Shown piece by piece: positions 9,688-18,884 of a stretch of DNA of 51,719 nucleotides. A model generated the notes under the pieces. That model saw only the letters and a list, made by a program, of their open reading frames with translations, searched no databases and was not told where the DNA came from. Position 1 is the stretch's first letter; each line of letters opens with the position of its first letter. Both the position numbers and the translations under genes were made by a program. Source of the stretch: a virus (lineage: Duplodnaviria; Heunggongvirae; Uroviricota; Caudoviricetes); IMG/VR virus record IMGVR_UViG_3300013094_000021; one strand, 5' to 3'.

Positions 9688-10092
9688 TTACTTATTTTTA
9701 TTACCCCACTTAATAACAACGTCTTTTGTTATTTTTTTTAGTTTTTCCTGTCTTTCTTTTATGTGTCTTCTGCCGCCTCTTTCGGCTGCGTATGAATCGT
9801 AGTATTTTTGTTTTAGAGGGTCTGTGGTTCCAAGTTTTTCCTCCCTTTTGGCGCTTTGTTCGGCGGCGAAATTTTGTATATCGCCTATAGTTCCTTTTGA
9901 ATTGGCTATTTTTGCCAAATTTTTTGAGTGGTCGAATGCGTCAGATTGAGAGTCTATCGCTGCATTTGGCTTTGTGAAGATTCTTTCCCACTTAATTCCC
10001 TTTTCGTCAATAAAGCTATGCTCTTCGTGTATAGACTGAACTATTTCACGAACTTCTCCCGTTTCTGGATGGCAAAATATGTAAATCGGCAA
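9688..10092 (-). CDS. hypothetical protein with FmdB-like N-terminus
   Basis: MPIYIFCHP..GEV.E...SI and WERIF. Confidence 0.55.
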   Translation of the reverse strand: MPIYIFCHPETGEVREIVQSIHEEHSFIDEKGIKWERIFTKPNAAIDSQSDAFDHSKNLAKIANSKGTIGDIQNFAAEQSAKREEKLGTTDPLKQKYYDSYAAERGGRRHIKERQEKLKKITKDVVIKWGNKNK

Positions 10093-10101
10093 TTTTATTC
10101 C

Positions 10102-11187
10102 TTAACTAATCAAAAGGTTGTGTATGTTTCTAAATGTTTCGGAGTATTTGAACTTTTCAGATAACTCCAATCCTTTTGTATTTACACGATTTTCTTCTAT
10201 TTTCTTAATTGAAGTATCGAGGCAATTTGAAAGCTCGCTTTCAGAGAATGAAAAAAAGTTGCCTTGGTTAAACGGTTGGCCTTTGTGAAAAAACATACCG
10301 TCATAACATTGAATTCTTGAGTTTGAATTCAACAATATTGAATTTTTTTCATCAGCCCATTGTTTATGACCGGCGCAATTAGATATTACGCCGTGTTTTC
10401 CAAGACAAACGGCTTGAAACTCTGGAAGACCCCAGCTTTCAGTTCCGCCCGCTATAACGCAATCAACAGAATTTAAAATATCATTGTAAACTGAATTTTG
10501 AGCAGAGAATGGCAAAAATTGAATATTTGAGTAATTTTTGCCTTCCAATATATTAGCATATATTTGATTGTGTTGCTCTGGATGGATAAAAGGGTTCTGA
10601 ATGCAACAAATTAAATGATATTTATTGTTATTTCCGAATTTTCTTAGCCAAGTTTTTATGATTTTATCATGCTGCTTTCTTACTGGCTCGTATTTTCCAG
10701 AAACAAGATAGGTTATTCTTCCGTCATTGAAGTATTCTCTATCGGTTTTATAAAAATTAAATGAATCAAATCCTAGATTAAGAGTGCTTACATTGGTTGC
10801 GCCATAATCTTTAAAAGTATTGGTGTTATAATCGCAAGCAAATAAAACCTTATAATTGTTTGAAATTATATTAAGCTCCTCTGTTGTTGGAGAGTCTGTT
10901 TCAAAAAAAGTCAAAAGAACTTGCTTGTCGCTTATTGTTTGAAGAGAGTCTGATATATGCCACAATCTAAAGCACGGATTTTTCCTTTTGTGAGTTTTAA
11001 GTCCTTTTGAAATGCAAGACTGCAACCAAAGAGTAAAGTCTGGGTCTTCTCTTTGAGCGGAAATATCTACATTGCCAATTGGAATTATATTTGGAGAATG
11101 TCCCAGTTTGTATGCCTCTCTAGCCAAGGCGAAAGATATTTGGCCGAAAGACACCGTGTTGAGTGGTATGTTTAGCGTGTAATTCAT
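10102..11187 (-). CDS. GT-B (GT4-like) glycosyltransferase
   Basis: RKQHD and ESWGLPEFQAVCLGKHGVIS (ExxGLP..EA-type motif). Confidence 0.8.
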   Translation of the reverse strand: MNYTLNIPLNTVSFGQISFALAREAYKLGHSPNIIPIGNVDISAQREDPDFTLWLQSCISKGLKTHKRKNPCFRLWHISDSLQTISDKQVLLTFFETDSPTTEELNIISNNYKVLFACDYNTNTFKDYGATNVSTLNLGFDSFNFYKTDREYFNDGRITYLVSGKYEPVRKQHDKIIKTWLRKFGNNNKYHLICCIQNPFIHPEQHNQIYANILEGKNYSNIQFLPFSAQNSVYNDILNSVDCVIAGGTESWGLPEFQAVCLGKHGVISNCAGHKQWADEKNSILLNSNSRIQCYDGMFFHKGQPFNQGNFFSFSESELSNCLDTSIKKIEENRVNTKGLELSEKFKYSETFRNIHNLLIS

Positions 11188-11189
11188 TT

Positions 11190-11420
11190 TTATTTGTTAT
11201 TATTTTTACCAGACAAAGACTCATATAGTATGTAATCCGGCTTATTGTCTCCTTGTTCTTTCGCGCCGTTCAAGAACGCCTTATAATTACCTCCTTTTAC
11301 GTTATCGTTTAACCTTATTGATAGGTATTCGACTCCCTTATCATTCTTTTTTATCCAAGCGGCTCCAAAAACTTCGGAACCCTGTTTGTTTGTGTTGTTA
11401 TTTTTATTTGTATTTTCCAT
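11190..11420 (-). CDS. DUF736-like small protein (putative ssDNA-binding)
   Basis: GAAWIKK..KGVEYLSI and KPDY. Confidence 0.55.
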   Translation of the reverse strand: MENTNKNNNTNKQGSEVFGAAWIKKNDKGVEYLSIRLNDNVKGGNYKAFLNGAKEQGDNKPDYILYESLSGKNNNK

Positions 11421-11424
11421 ATTT

Positions 11425-12003
11425 TTAAATTATATCAGGTTTTCTTAAATCATTCAATTTTTCTAAAAGAATTTTTTTTCCTTTTTCATGTAAATTTATA
11501 GCCATCGTTATGCTTATACCCATTTCTTCCGCCACATTTTTCCAAGGATTTATTTTTTTACTTGAGTCGAAGTTAATATATCTTTTTTCAAAAATTCTTT
11601 TTATTCTATCGTCCTTTATTTGAGAAAGTATATTAAATATATACTCTCCGTTTTCTTTTGAAGATGAGTGGCTTTCGTATGATTGTTCTGGAATATTTAC
11701 ATCTTCCGAATTTATAATTCTGCTTTTGTTTTTATTTGTGTTTAAACAGTGAAATCTTGCATTGTTGTAAATCCAAGTGCATAAACTTGCGTTCTTTTTA
11801 GGATTAAATGTGGATACCGAATTGTTTATTATTATGTTTATGTCATCCATTAAATCAGCGACATTTATATGCGGATTTCTTCTGCTGAATTTTATAATTA
11901 CGTTAGCTACTAAATTTTGATACTTATCAATTATTTCCTTGGCTGCAATTGAATCGCCTTTTTTATAAAGTCTGACAAGCTTTAAATCTTTTGATTTATT
12001 CAT
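11425..12003 (-). CDS. sigma-70 family RNA polymerase sigma factor
   Basis: Region 2 (KKGD..A.KEII.KY.NLV; FNPKKNASLCTWI) and region 4 HTH (VAEEMGIS). Confidence 0.8.
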   Translation of the reverse strand: MNKSKDLKLVRLYKKGDSIAAKEIIDKYQNLVANVIIKFSRRNPHINVADLMDDINIIINNSVSTFNPKKNASLCTWIYNNARFHCLNTNKNKSRIINSEDVNIPEQSYESHSSSKENGEYIFNILSQIKDDRIKRIFEKRYINFDSSKKINPWKNVAEEMGISITMAINLHEKGKKILLEKLNDLRKPDII

Positions 12004-12604
12004 TTTCGGTTATTGAATCTATTAGCCCTTTTAATTGAAGTCTTACGCAATCATCTCTCATTTGCTCGTTTTCAGTCGTCGGCCAAGTAATTTTATAATC
12101 GCTATTTATTTTAACCAATGGGTCGTTGCTTTCCTCTGTTTTGTTTATAGGTTTCACAAAAGAACCATCTGGAAGTATTCTGGTTACATAGATTAACTTT
12201 CCGCCGATAATTGATTTAATCCAATCTGTTTCGTCGAATTCATATTCTTTGAATCTTATATCGGTGATAACAGGTATATGCTCTGGCTCCAATTGCTCTT
12301 GGATTTTTTTGTTTAAAATTTTAGTCCAGTGAGTGCCTTTGCTTATTTTTCTTTTAATGCCGCCATGAGCCACCATCAAATCTCTTATCAAATTTTTTTC
12401 TTCTGTTATGGATGTAAAAGAAGATATTCCATAATTTTTTCTAGTAAAATCATTTAACTCTATTTTTAATTCATCGGCCAAAGCGAATCTTTGTATTTTG
12501 ATAGATTTTTCATTTAAAATCCTTTGCAAAGATTTAAACAGAGAGTCTTTTCCAGAAAGAGCTACTCCACCAATTCCAATTATTTTTATTTTACTTTTTG
12601 ACAT
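11996..12604 (-). CDS. deoxynucleoside monophosphate kinase
   Basis: GIGGVALSGKDS P-loop, ALADELK and ITDIRF..E. Confidence 0.8.
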   Translation of the reverse strand: MSKSKIKIIGIGGVALSGKDSLFKSLQRILNEKSIKIQRFALADELKIELNDFTRKNYGISSFTSITEEKNLIRDLMVAHGGIKRKISKGTHWTKILNKKIQEQLEPEHIPVITDIRFKEYEFDETDWIKSIIGGKLIYVTRILPDGSFVKPINKTEESNDPLVKINSDYKITWPTTENEQMRDDCVRLQLKGLIDSITENE

Positions 12605-13037
12605 CTTTTTTAACTACATTTTTTAAGTGGTTTTCGGCGTATAAATTTATTATTGATATAAGAATATCCAAATCAATATCTTTTATTTCAAGAGGGTCTG
12701 TTAAATAGCCTTCATGCTCCTTTGAATTCTCAAGGAATGAGTTGCATATTTCCGCTATTTTAAATCCAATGGAGCCATCAATCTCAACAGATTGTTTATT
12801 ATTTTCCAAACTTGTTTTTAAAATCCAAGTAATTAGCGTTTCGCCGGATTTGCTTTTCCCCACATATTTAGTGAGGAACCCTCTTTTTTCAAGATTTTCC
12901 AATCCGTGAAAAATTGCGGCCTCGCATTCGCTTTCTGGAGAGTCTCCGTCAAAAATTTTATTGAACTCCTCGTTATTAATAGAGTGATTGGACATGAAAT
13001 AACCAATCAACGAATACTCGGCGTCTTTTATTGTCAT
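12591..13037 (-). CDS. hypothetical protein
   Basis: ORF track; overlaps co-oriented neighbours. Confidence 0.7.
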   Translation of the reverse strand: MTIKDAEYSLIGYFMSNHSINNEEFNKIFDGDSPESECEAAIFHGLENLEKRGFLTKYVGKSKSGETLITWILKTSLENNKQSVEIDGSIGFKIAEICNSFLENSKEHEGYLTDPLEIKDIDLDILISIINLYAENHLKNVVKKDVKK

Positions 13038-13225
13038 TTTTTTAGTATTTTTTTAGATAAAATTGATGCTTGCTCCAAATTTTCCATTAAAATTGATACA
13101 AATTGTCTATTGGAACATAGTTTTAGCCACTCATCTTTTGAAAAAGATGCTCCAAATTCCTTCAGTTCTAAAACTGTTGGCGGCTCTTCTATTTTTTCCA
13201 AACTTAATGCTATTTTTGTAGGCAT
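13034..13225 (-). CDS. hypothetical protein
   Basis: ORF track; ATGA-type overlap with next gene. Confidence 0.65.
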   Translation of the reverse strand: MPTKIALSLEKIEEPPTVLELKEFGASFSKDEWLKLCSNRQFVSILMENLEQASILSKKILKK

Positions 13226-13296
13226 TTGAATTTAATATACTTATATTAACATTAAAACTAATAATAGTCAATAGAAAAAATTATTTGTTTTTATTC

Positions 13297-13324
13297 TTTA
13301 CTTTTGTATGTTAGATAATATAAT
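13297..13324 (+). promoter_or_regulatory. sigma70-like promoter upstream of candidate large ncRNA
   Basis: TTTACT-N16-TATAAT. Confidence 0.45.
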
Positions 13325-13329
13325 TGATT

Positions 13330-13860
13330 ATCCGACTAACATAATCGGGAAAAGGTAGTCGCGGATTATTGAAGCTGACAATCCATTATGTTATTAATTC
13401 GGCTGATTAGCTAGGAAGACCTCCGAGTGATTCAGCCGGATTCCAAATTTTAAAGACTATATCCGAAGTAGTTTTTATTATTAAGCAATTTCGGACGACT
13501 TGACCCAAAACATAAGAAACGCCGAAAGGTGTAAATTTAACTCGCCCAGCGCGGAGAGAGAAGGGGAGTCGTTAAACAAACAAAAGAATGATGAAACTTG
13601 CCAAAGACGATATAAAAAATACTTTGGTAAAAGCGCATCAACAAGAGTATTTATTTAATTATTTACTTGCGTAATTGTCCATTACGACTTAATTAACTAA
13701 TTATTCATGTGAGGTGGTGTATAATAAACCCCACCGACAGATAAGACTAACACAACGGACGCAAAGGAGTCTCTCGTCCTCTGTATGCTTACAGTATTAT
13801 AGTGTTATTCATTCCTGCTCGCATGGAAGAAGTGTATTCAAATCGGTTAAATGCTTGAAT
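13330..13860 (+). ncRNA. candidate large structured ncRNA, family unassigned
   Basis: No ORF of 60 aa or more, GC-enriched, many hairpins, one GAAA-capped stem with a G-U pair (13519-13532) favouring the + strand. Confidence 0.55.
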
Positions 13861-14097
13861 ATTAAAAGTTTATTCTCTTTCAAATAAAAGATTCTCTTCC
13901 ATTTGTTTTCAATAATAAAAAAATAAAAAAAGTTTTCCAACCGTCGAAGGCTTTAAATCCTTCGTAGGCTCGGCGGATAAAATAATTTATTCAATTTATA
14001 TTCAATTATTTGTTTCACATAAAATTGATTAATAATTGTGGATACAAAGATTAATAAAATTCTTTACTTTACAAAATTTCTATATTATAATATCGTA

Positions 14098-15051
14098 ATG
14101 GAATTTTCAGGTTCTTATAATAAAGAGTATATTAAAAATATCCTTATTTCAAATGGCTATCCAGTTAGGGAGGGCTCCGGCTATATATCCACGGCGGCTT
14201 TATGGAGAGGCGGCTCAGACCCTTCTTCTTGTGTAGTTTATTACAACGATAATTTTGCTGCTGACTACGTTGACGGTAAAAGCTATAAGATAAAAGATTT
14301 CATTTCTTTGGTTTGCAATATAAAAGACCAAGCATCCTTGGATAAGCTTCTTAAAGAGTCTAACTTTCAAATAAAATCAACGCCAGAATACGAAAAGATA
14401 AAGGTTCCGAAATTTTTTGATAAAGGAATTATTAATAACATAATACCGAAATATGATTATTTCTTGAAAAGAGGAATATCTGAAAACACTTTATCAGAAT
14501 TCAAATCCGGCCTCTATTCTGGAGATATAAAGTATTTCAACAATAGGTATGTTTTTCCTTGTTTTAATAGTAAGGGTGATATATTAATGGTCGCCGGAAG
14601 AGACGTTACAGAAAAAAATAAGATTTACTGGCTACTAAAGGGTCAAAAAAAAGACGCCGTTTATCCTGCTTTTATAAATTCAGATATAATAAAAGACAAG
14701 AAATCAGTGTTTTTAGTAGAAGGAATAGGGGACGCATTAACTCTTTGGGAGTGCGGAATAAAGAATGTGCTGGTTTTATTCGGCGTTGATGTTAGTCTAT
14801 CTATTATAAATTTTCTTTTAAAGGTAAATGTTAAAAATATATATATATCAACTAATAATGATTCTTTAAGAGGCGACAAGGAATCTAATGTTGGAAATTT
14901 GGCGGCTAAAAAAATAAAAACTAAACTATCTAGGTATTTCGACGACAGATTTATAAAAATTGTCCTTCCTTCAAAAAAGAAAGACTGGAATGAAACCCTG
15001 ATAAATTTTGGAAAAGATGATATAATTAAAGAATTGAATAAATATGAGTAA
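14098..15051 (+). CDS. dnaG: DNA primase (TOPRIM)
   Basis: YFLKRGIS, RYVFP and FLVEGIGDALTL..G..NV..LFG; ATG 14098 follows a TATAAT box. Confidence 0.85.
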   Translation: MEFSGSYNKEYIKNILISNGYPVREGSGYISTAALWRGGSDPSSCVVYYNDNFAADYVDGKSYKIKDFISLVCNIKDQASLDKLLKESNFQIKSTPEYEKIKVPKFFDKGIINNIIPKYDYFLKRGISENTLSEFKSGLYSGDIKYFNNRYVFPCFNSKGDILMVAGRDVTEKNKIYWLLKGQKKDAVYPAFINSDIIKDKKSVFLVEGIGDALTLWECGIKNVLVLFGVDVSLSIINFLLKVNVKNIYISTNNDSLRGDKESNVGNLAAKKIKTKLSRYFDDRFIKIVLPSKKKDWNETLINFGKDDIIKELNKYE

Positions 15052-15484
15052 ATTATATAAGACAAAAGACGAAAGATATTTAGTTTCTGATGGAACCGTT
15101 TTAAAACCAATCACAGATGAAAAAGTTAAACATAAATGCCAATCAGACTTAGATAAAATACAGCCAAGCGATTTAAGAAAAGACTATAACGATATTCTCT
15201 CCGAGATAGGATTTAAAACATACGATACTTTTTGCGAAAAGTATAAAGAATTATGTGATTTAGACGAAACATTTGTTTTAACTTTTGTGGCCGAGAGAAA
15301 AGATGGTGATTATCATCCTTTTTCATTTTTTAGAATGTGCGATATAGAAAAACAAGAAAGATTTCAGAAGTCCATATATCACATTGGAATGAAAATGTTT
15401 AGCTATCTTCATTTCATTGGGTTTCTAAAAATTTTAGAGGAAAAAAATTTTATAAGAGTAAATCCGAATCTTTACAAGAAATAA
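15044..15484 (+). CDS. hypothetical protein
   Basis: ORF track; overlaps primase stop. Confidence 0.7.
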   Translation: MSKLYKTKDERYLVSDGTVLKPITDEKVKHKCQSDLDKIQPSDLRKDYNDILSEIGFKTYDTFCEKYKELCDLDETFVLTFVAERKDGDYHPFSFFRMCDIEKQERFQKSIYHIGMKMFSYLHFIGFLKILEEKNFIRVNPNLYKK

Positions 15485-15487
15485 TTT

Positions 15488-16141
15488 ATGCAAGTAAGAC
15501 TAACATCAATAACTCAACCATTGATTAAAACATCAGATAACTCAAGATATCTAACTCCAGAAGAGTATATAGTATATTGCGCGAGAGTTAGCAATCCTTC
15601 TAATCAACTAAACACCGAAACATCCTCAAAGCTTATTTCATATTGTATAAAAAATGGACACTACTCAATATTTGAGCAGGTTGATTTTACAGTAGAAATC
15701 AAGACATCAAGAGCGATAGCAGCACAAATACTAAGGCATCGCTCTGCTGTATTTCAAGAGTTTTCTCAAAGGTATTCAAATGTAACAGAGTTTGAACCAA
15801 TAGAGTTCAGAATTCAAGGAAAAACCAATCGCCAAGTAGGTGATGAAAAAGTTGACTTTCCAGAGTTGGCCGAGGATATAGATAATCATATTTCAAAATC
15901 CGTGGAAATATACAACGAAATGATTAAATTAGGAATAGCAAAAGAATGCGCTAGATTCATATTGCCTCTTAATACTCAAACAACTCTTTACATGAAAAAC
16001 AACGTAAGAAATTGGATTTTCTATTTTCAACAAAGGTGTTCAAGTCACTGCCAAAAAGAGCATAGAGAAGTGGCGGATGAAATAAAGAAAATATTTATGC
16101 AAAATTTCCCAGAAATCTCAAAATCTATTGGCTATATTTAA
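15488..16141 (+). CDS. thyX: flavin-dependent thymidylate synthase
   Basis: GHYSIFE, QILRHRS, FQEFSQRY and ARFILP. Confidence 0.95.
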   Translation: MQVRLTSITQPLIKTSDNSRYLTPEEYIVYCARVSNPSNQLNTETSSKLISYCIKNGHYSIFEQVDFTVEIKTSRAIAAQILRHRSAVFQEFSQRYSNVTEFEPIEFRIQGKTNRQVGDEKVDFPELAEDIDNHISKSVEIYNEMIKLGIAKECARFILPLNTQTTLYMKNNVRNWIFYFQQRCSSHCQKEHREVADEIKKIFMQNFPEISKSIGYI

Positions 16142-16520
16142 TAAAATATAGGCTTCCAAATTCTGTTCCCGGCCTAATTTCGACTTTCCTATTGGAGCCT
16201 ATTAGGTTTTGAATAGGGTTGTTTTTATAATTAAAAAGCATTTCCTTGTCAAAATTTGAATTCTCAACGAAAAATTCTATATATTCATATCTAGAATCAT
16301 CATTCAAATTATCCCAAAGTATATCAAGACCAGATAAGGATAGCTCTTTATTTGGTTTAAACATACAATACTCGTCCTTTTGACAATTGATTTTGTATGG
16401 AAGCGATATTCTTTGCTTTTCAAATGGCTTTATTAAAAGTTTTTCACAAGTGTATATTTTATATACACCAGACTCTTCGCTCACCTTGCTATTGAAGCCT
16501 TCTCTTGAAATAATTTTCAT
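16125..16520 (-). CDS. degenerate dUTPase-like beta-clip protein
   Basis: Layout recalls trimeric dUTPase (LLIKPFEK..ISLP; VEIRPGTEFGSLYF) but motifs 1-3 are altered and motif 5 is absent. Confidence 0.4.
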   Translation of the reverse strand: MKIISREGFNSKVSEESGVYKIYTCEKLLIKPFEKQRISLPYKINCQKDEYCMFKPNKELSLSGLDILWDNLNDDSRYEYIEFFVENSNFDKEMLFNYKNNPIQNLIGSNRKVEIRPGTEFGSLYFIKYSQ

Positions 16521-16592
16521 TTTTTAGTTTAAAAATTTTTATATGTGTATATATTATAGTAGTAAGATTAAAAATATAAATTATTAACTAAA

Positions 16593-17192
16593 ATGAAAAA
16601 AATCATAGCAATTCTATCAATCATTCTTTCCGCGTCTGTTATTTCAGCCTATGCGGACACATCATCTAACTCTATCGCAACCGCATCTTCCACTCCTCCG
16701 GCGTCTTTTTATGGCGGATTGAAAGAAATGGGTAATGCTATTGCAACGGCGACCAATTGGACTTCTGTTGCTGGCTATGGTCATGGATTGAGCGGAGGCG
16801 GAAACAATCTCGCTTTCGGCGGAATCGCATATAATTTCACAGAAAATGTAGGCGCTTACGTTGGATACGATTACCTTTGGAATTCAAGCTCTAATTCATT
16901 TAATTCAATTCGTGGTGGCATAACACTTCAGGACACTATTAAACCATTAACCTTCATTGGTCAATCTTGGACGACAAACGTAACAGCCACTCCTTATGCG
17001 GCGGTTTTCTTGGCTACTCCAAGAAACGGAAATGCCGTTGGCGAAGTAAATGCAGTTGGCGCGAATATTGATGTCTATGCAGTTAAAAATTTCGAGCTTA
17101 TCGTAGGCGGTGGGTATGAAAATAGAGTCGGCCAAGGCTCATTTGATGGAAATTATGCTTACTTTAACATTGGATTGAGTCGCAGGTTCTAA
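16593..17192 (+). CDS. secreted outer-membrane beta-barrel protein
   Basis: Sec signal MKKIIAILSIILSASVISAYA, alternating aromatic/Gly strands, C-terminal YAYFNIGLSRRF. Confidence 0.7.
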   Translation: MKKIIAILSIILSASVISAYADTSSNSIATASSTPPASFYGGLKEMGNAIATATNWTSVAGYGHGLSGGGNNLAFGGIAYNFTENVGAYVGYDYLWNSSSNSFNSIRGGITLQDTIKPLTFIGQSWTTNVTATPYAAVFLATPRNGNAVGEVNAVGANIDVYAVKNFELIVGGGYENRVGQGSFDGNYAYFNIGLSRRF

Positions 17193-17218
17193 TATTTTAA
17201 CAAATAGCATAATAATTA

Positions 17219-17249
17219 ATCCTCAAGTGTAAATACTTGAGGATTTTTT
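17219..17249 (+). terminator. intrinsic terminator whose loop region contains GTGTAAATA
   Basis: ATCCTCAAGT-gtaaat-ACTTGAGGAT followed by a T-run. Confidence 0.75.
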
Positions 17250-17255
17250 ATTTAT

Positions 17256-18146
17256 ATGAACTCAAAAGACTCAATTAAAATACTTTCGCTTGATGGCGGA
17301 GGCATGAAGGGCTATATAGAATGCAAAATTTTAGCGGAGCTAGAAAAAAGAACCGGAAAAAAATGCAATGAAATTTTCGATGGGTTTACCGGAACAAGCA
17401 TCGGCGGCATATTGGTGGGCCTATTATCAATAGGTGTCTCAGCCGAAAATTGTCTGAAATTCTTTACGGTAGATGGAAAAGAAATCTTTAAAAAGAAATG
17501 GTATAGTTATTTATTTTTTAAACCAAAATACTCCGCAAAATCAATAGAAAAAGTATTATTCAATAAATTTTTATTTACAAAACTAAAATCTGTAAACAAA
17601 AAACTTCTAATTACTTCAGTTGATATAAATACTGAAAAGCCAATATTTTTTAAATCATACAAGCAGGACGGCGAAGACTTCTATTTAAGAGACTGCTGCC
17701 GCGCCACCAGCGCAGCACAAACATTTTTTCCATTACTGAAGCTAAACGACTATGTTCTTATGGACGGAGGAAATGTAGCGAACAATCCAAGTTTATGCGC
17801 GTATATTGATATTCACAAGTTAGGATATTCGGACGAAAATATAAAAATACTCTCCCTTGGATGCGGACAAGAAAAAATAAAAAGAAATGGAATAAAATAC
17901 ATCTCCGCAAATGCTATAAAAATGCTTTTATTAACCTTCGGAATACTCTTTGACTCAAATTCAGAGGACGTAGATTACCACCTAAACGAGTTAATCGGAG
18001 AAAATTATTTAAGAATAAACCCAGTATTAACTCAAAAATTATTGATTGACGACGCCTCCGAATCTGGATTGAAAAAATTAGAATTTGAGGCCAATAAATC
18101 AATATCGGAAAACTATTCTAAAATAGAAAAATTTCTTTTTTCTTGA
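17256..18146 (+). CDS. patatin-like phospholipase
   Basis: DGGGMKG, GTSIG and DGG catalytic motifs. Confidence 0.93.
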   Translation: MNSKDSIKILSLDGGGMKGYIECKILAELEKRTGKKCNEIFDGFTGTSIGGILVGLLSIGVSAENCLKFFTVDGKEIFKKKWYSYLFFKPKYSAKSIEKVLFNKFLFTKLKSVNKKLLITSVDINTEKPIFFKSYKQDGEDFYLRDCCRATSAAQTFFPLLKLNDYVLMDGGNVANNPSLCAYIDIHKLGYSDENIKILSLGCGQEKIKRNGIKYISANAIKMLLLTFGILFDSNSEDVDYHLNELIGENYLRINPVLTQKLLIDDASESGLKKLEFEANKSISENYSKIEKFLFS

Positions 18147-18177
18147 CATTAATGTATTCATAAACTAAAATTATTCT

Positions 18178-18462
18178 ATGGAAATGACATTAGAGCAAAA
18201 AATTCAGGAATTTGACTTAAAACTTTCTAAAATAATAGATATTAAATCCTTAACCGACAATTCGGTTATCGTATTTTCTATTAATGAATTAACGCCCGAA
18301 ATTTACGAAACAATAAATTCACTCAATTACATCTATGGTGATTACATGAAGCAAAAGAATATCACTTATTTGGCAATCAAGCCCGGAACTGAAATTTCGG
18401 TTTTAGATGAAAAAAAGATGAATTCTATGGGTTGGTATAAAAAAGGATTAATCATAACATAA
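18178..18462 (+). CDS. hypothetical protein
   Basis: ORF track; co-oriented. Confidence 0.65.
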   Translation: MEMTLEQKIQEFDLKLSKIIDIKSLTDNSVIVFSINELTPEIYETINSLNYIYGDYMKQKNITYLAIKPGTEISVLDEKKMNSMGWYKKGLIIT

Positions 18463-18467
18463 TTTTT

Positions 18468-18650
18468 ATGTCAGTAAAAGGCGATTGGAGCAGAGTTAAA
18501 AATAAAAAAAATTTTGACACCAATTACGATTCAATAAATTGGAACAACAGGCAATTAAAATTAAAAAAAGAATCGAAAAAAATAAGCTCCGAACTAAATG
18601 CAGAAAATAACTTGGCTGAAACCACTCTAAAAAATACGAATAATAATTAA
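18468..18650 (+). CDS. hypothetical protein
   Basis: ORF track; co-oriented. Confidence 0.6.
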   Translation: MSVKGDWSRVKNKKNFDTNYDSINWNNRQLKLKKESKKISSELNAENNLAETTLKNTNNN

Positions 18651-18884
18651 ATGGAAAAAGAGCTAAAAAAATTTGAAATTTTTCAAAAAAACATATTGAA
18701 AGAAATTGAGTGGCAAAAAAAAGTTAATTCATATTCATTTAAAGAGATGGCGGATGTATTAATACAAAAAACTTATCAAAGAGAAAAGATAGGAACCGAA
18801 AGCTGCGCCGTTTTAAATAGGGTTATAGAAATGTTATTCAAAATGGAGGAATTTCAAAAAAACTCTCAACGCAATGAATATTAA
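18651..18884 (+). CDS. hypothetical protein
   Basis: ORF track; abuts neighbours. Confidence 0.65.
   Translation: MEKELKKFEIFQKNILKEIEWQKKVNSYSFKEMADVLIQKTYQREKIGTESCAVLNRVIEMLFKMEEFQKNSQRNEY

Noticed and set aside
13440-13580. Group I intron-like S element (GGATATAGTC on the minus strand)
   Set aside because: No convincing P7 partner or P3, and no interrupted host gene.
13750-13785. GGACGCAAAG resembling the c-di-GMP-I riboswitch
   Set aside because: The upstream GCAAAC/GAAA P2 and downstream elements are missing.
14038-14097. Upstream-extended starts in the track (14038, 29681, 30313, 40143, 46357, 48233)
   Set aside because: The extensions run through promoter boxes, tRNAs or the upstream gene; downstream ATGs were used instead.
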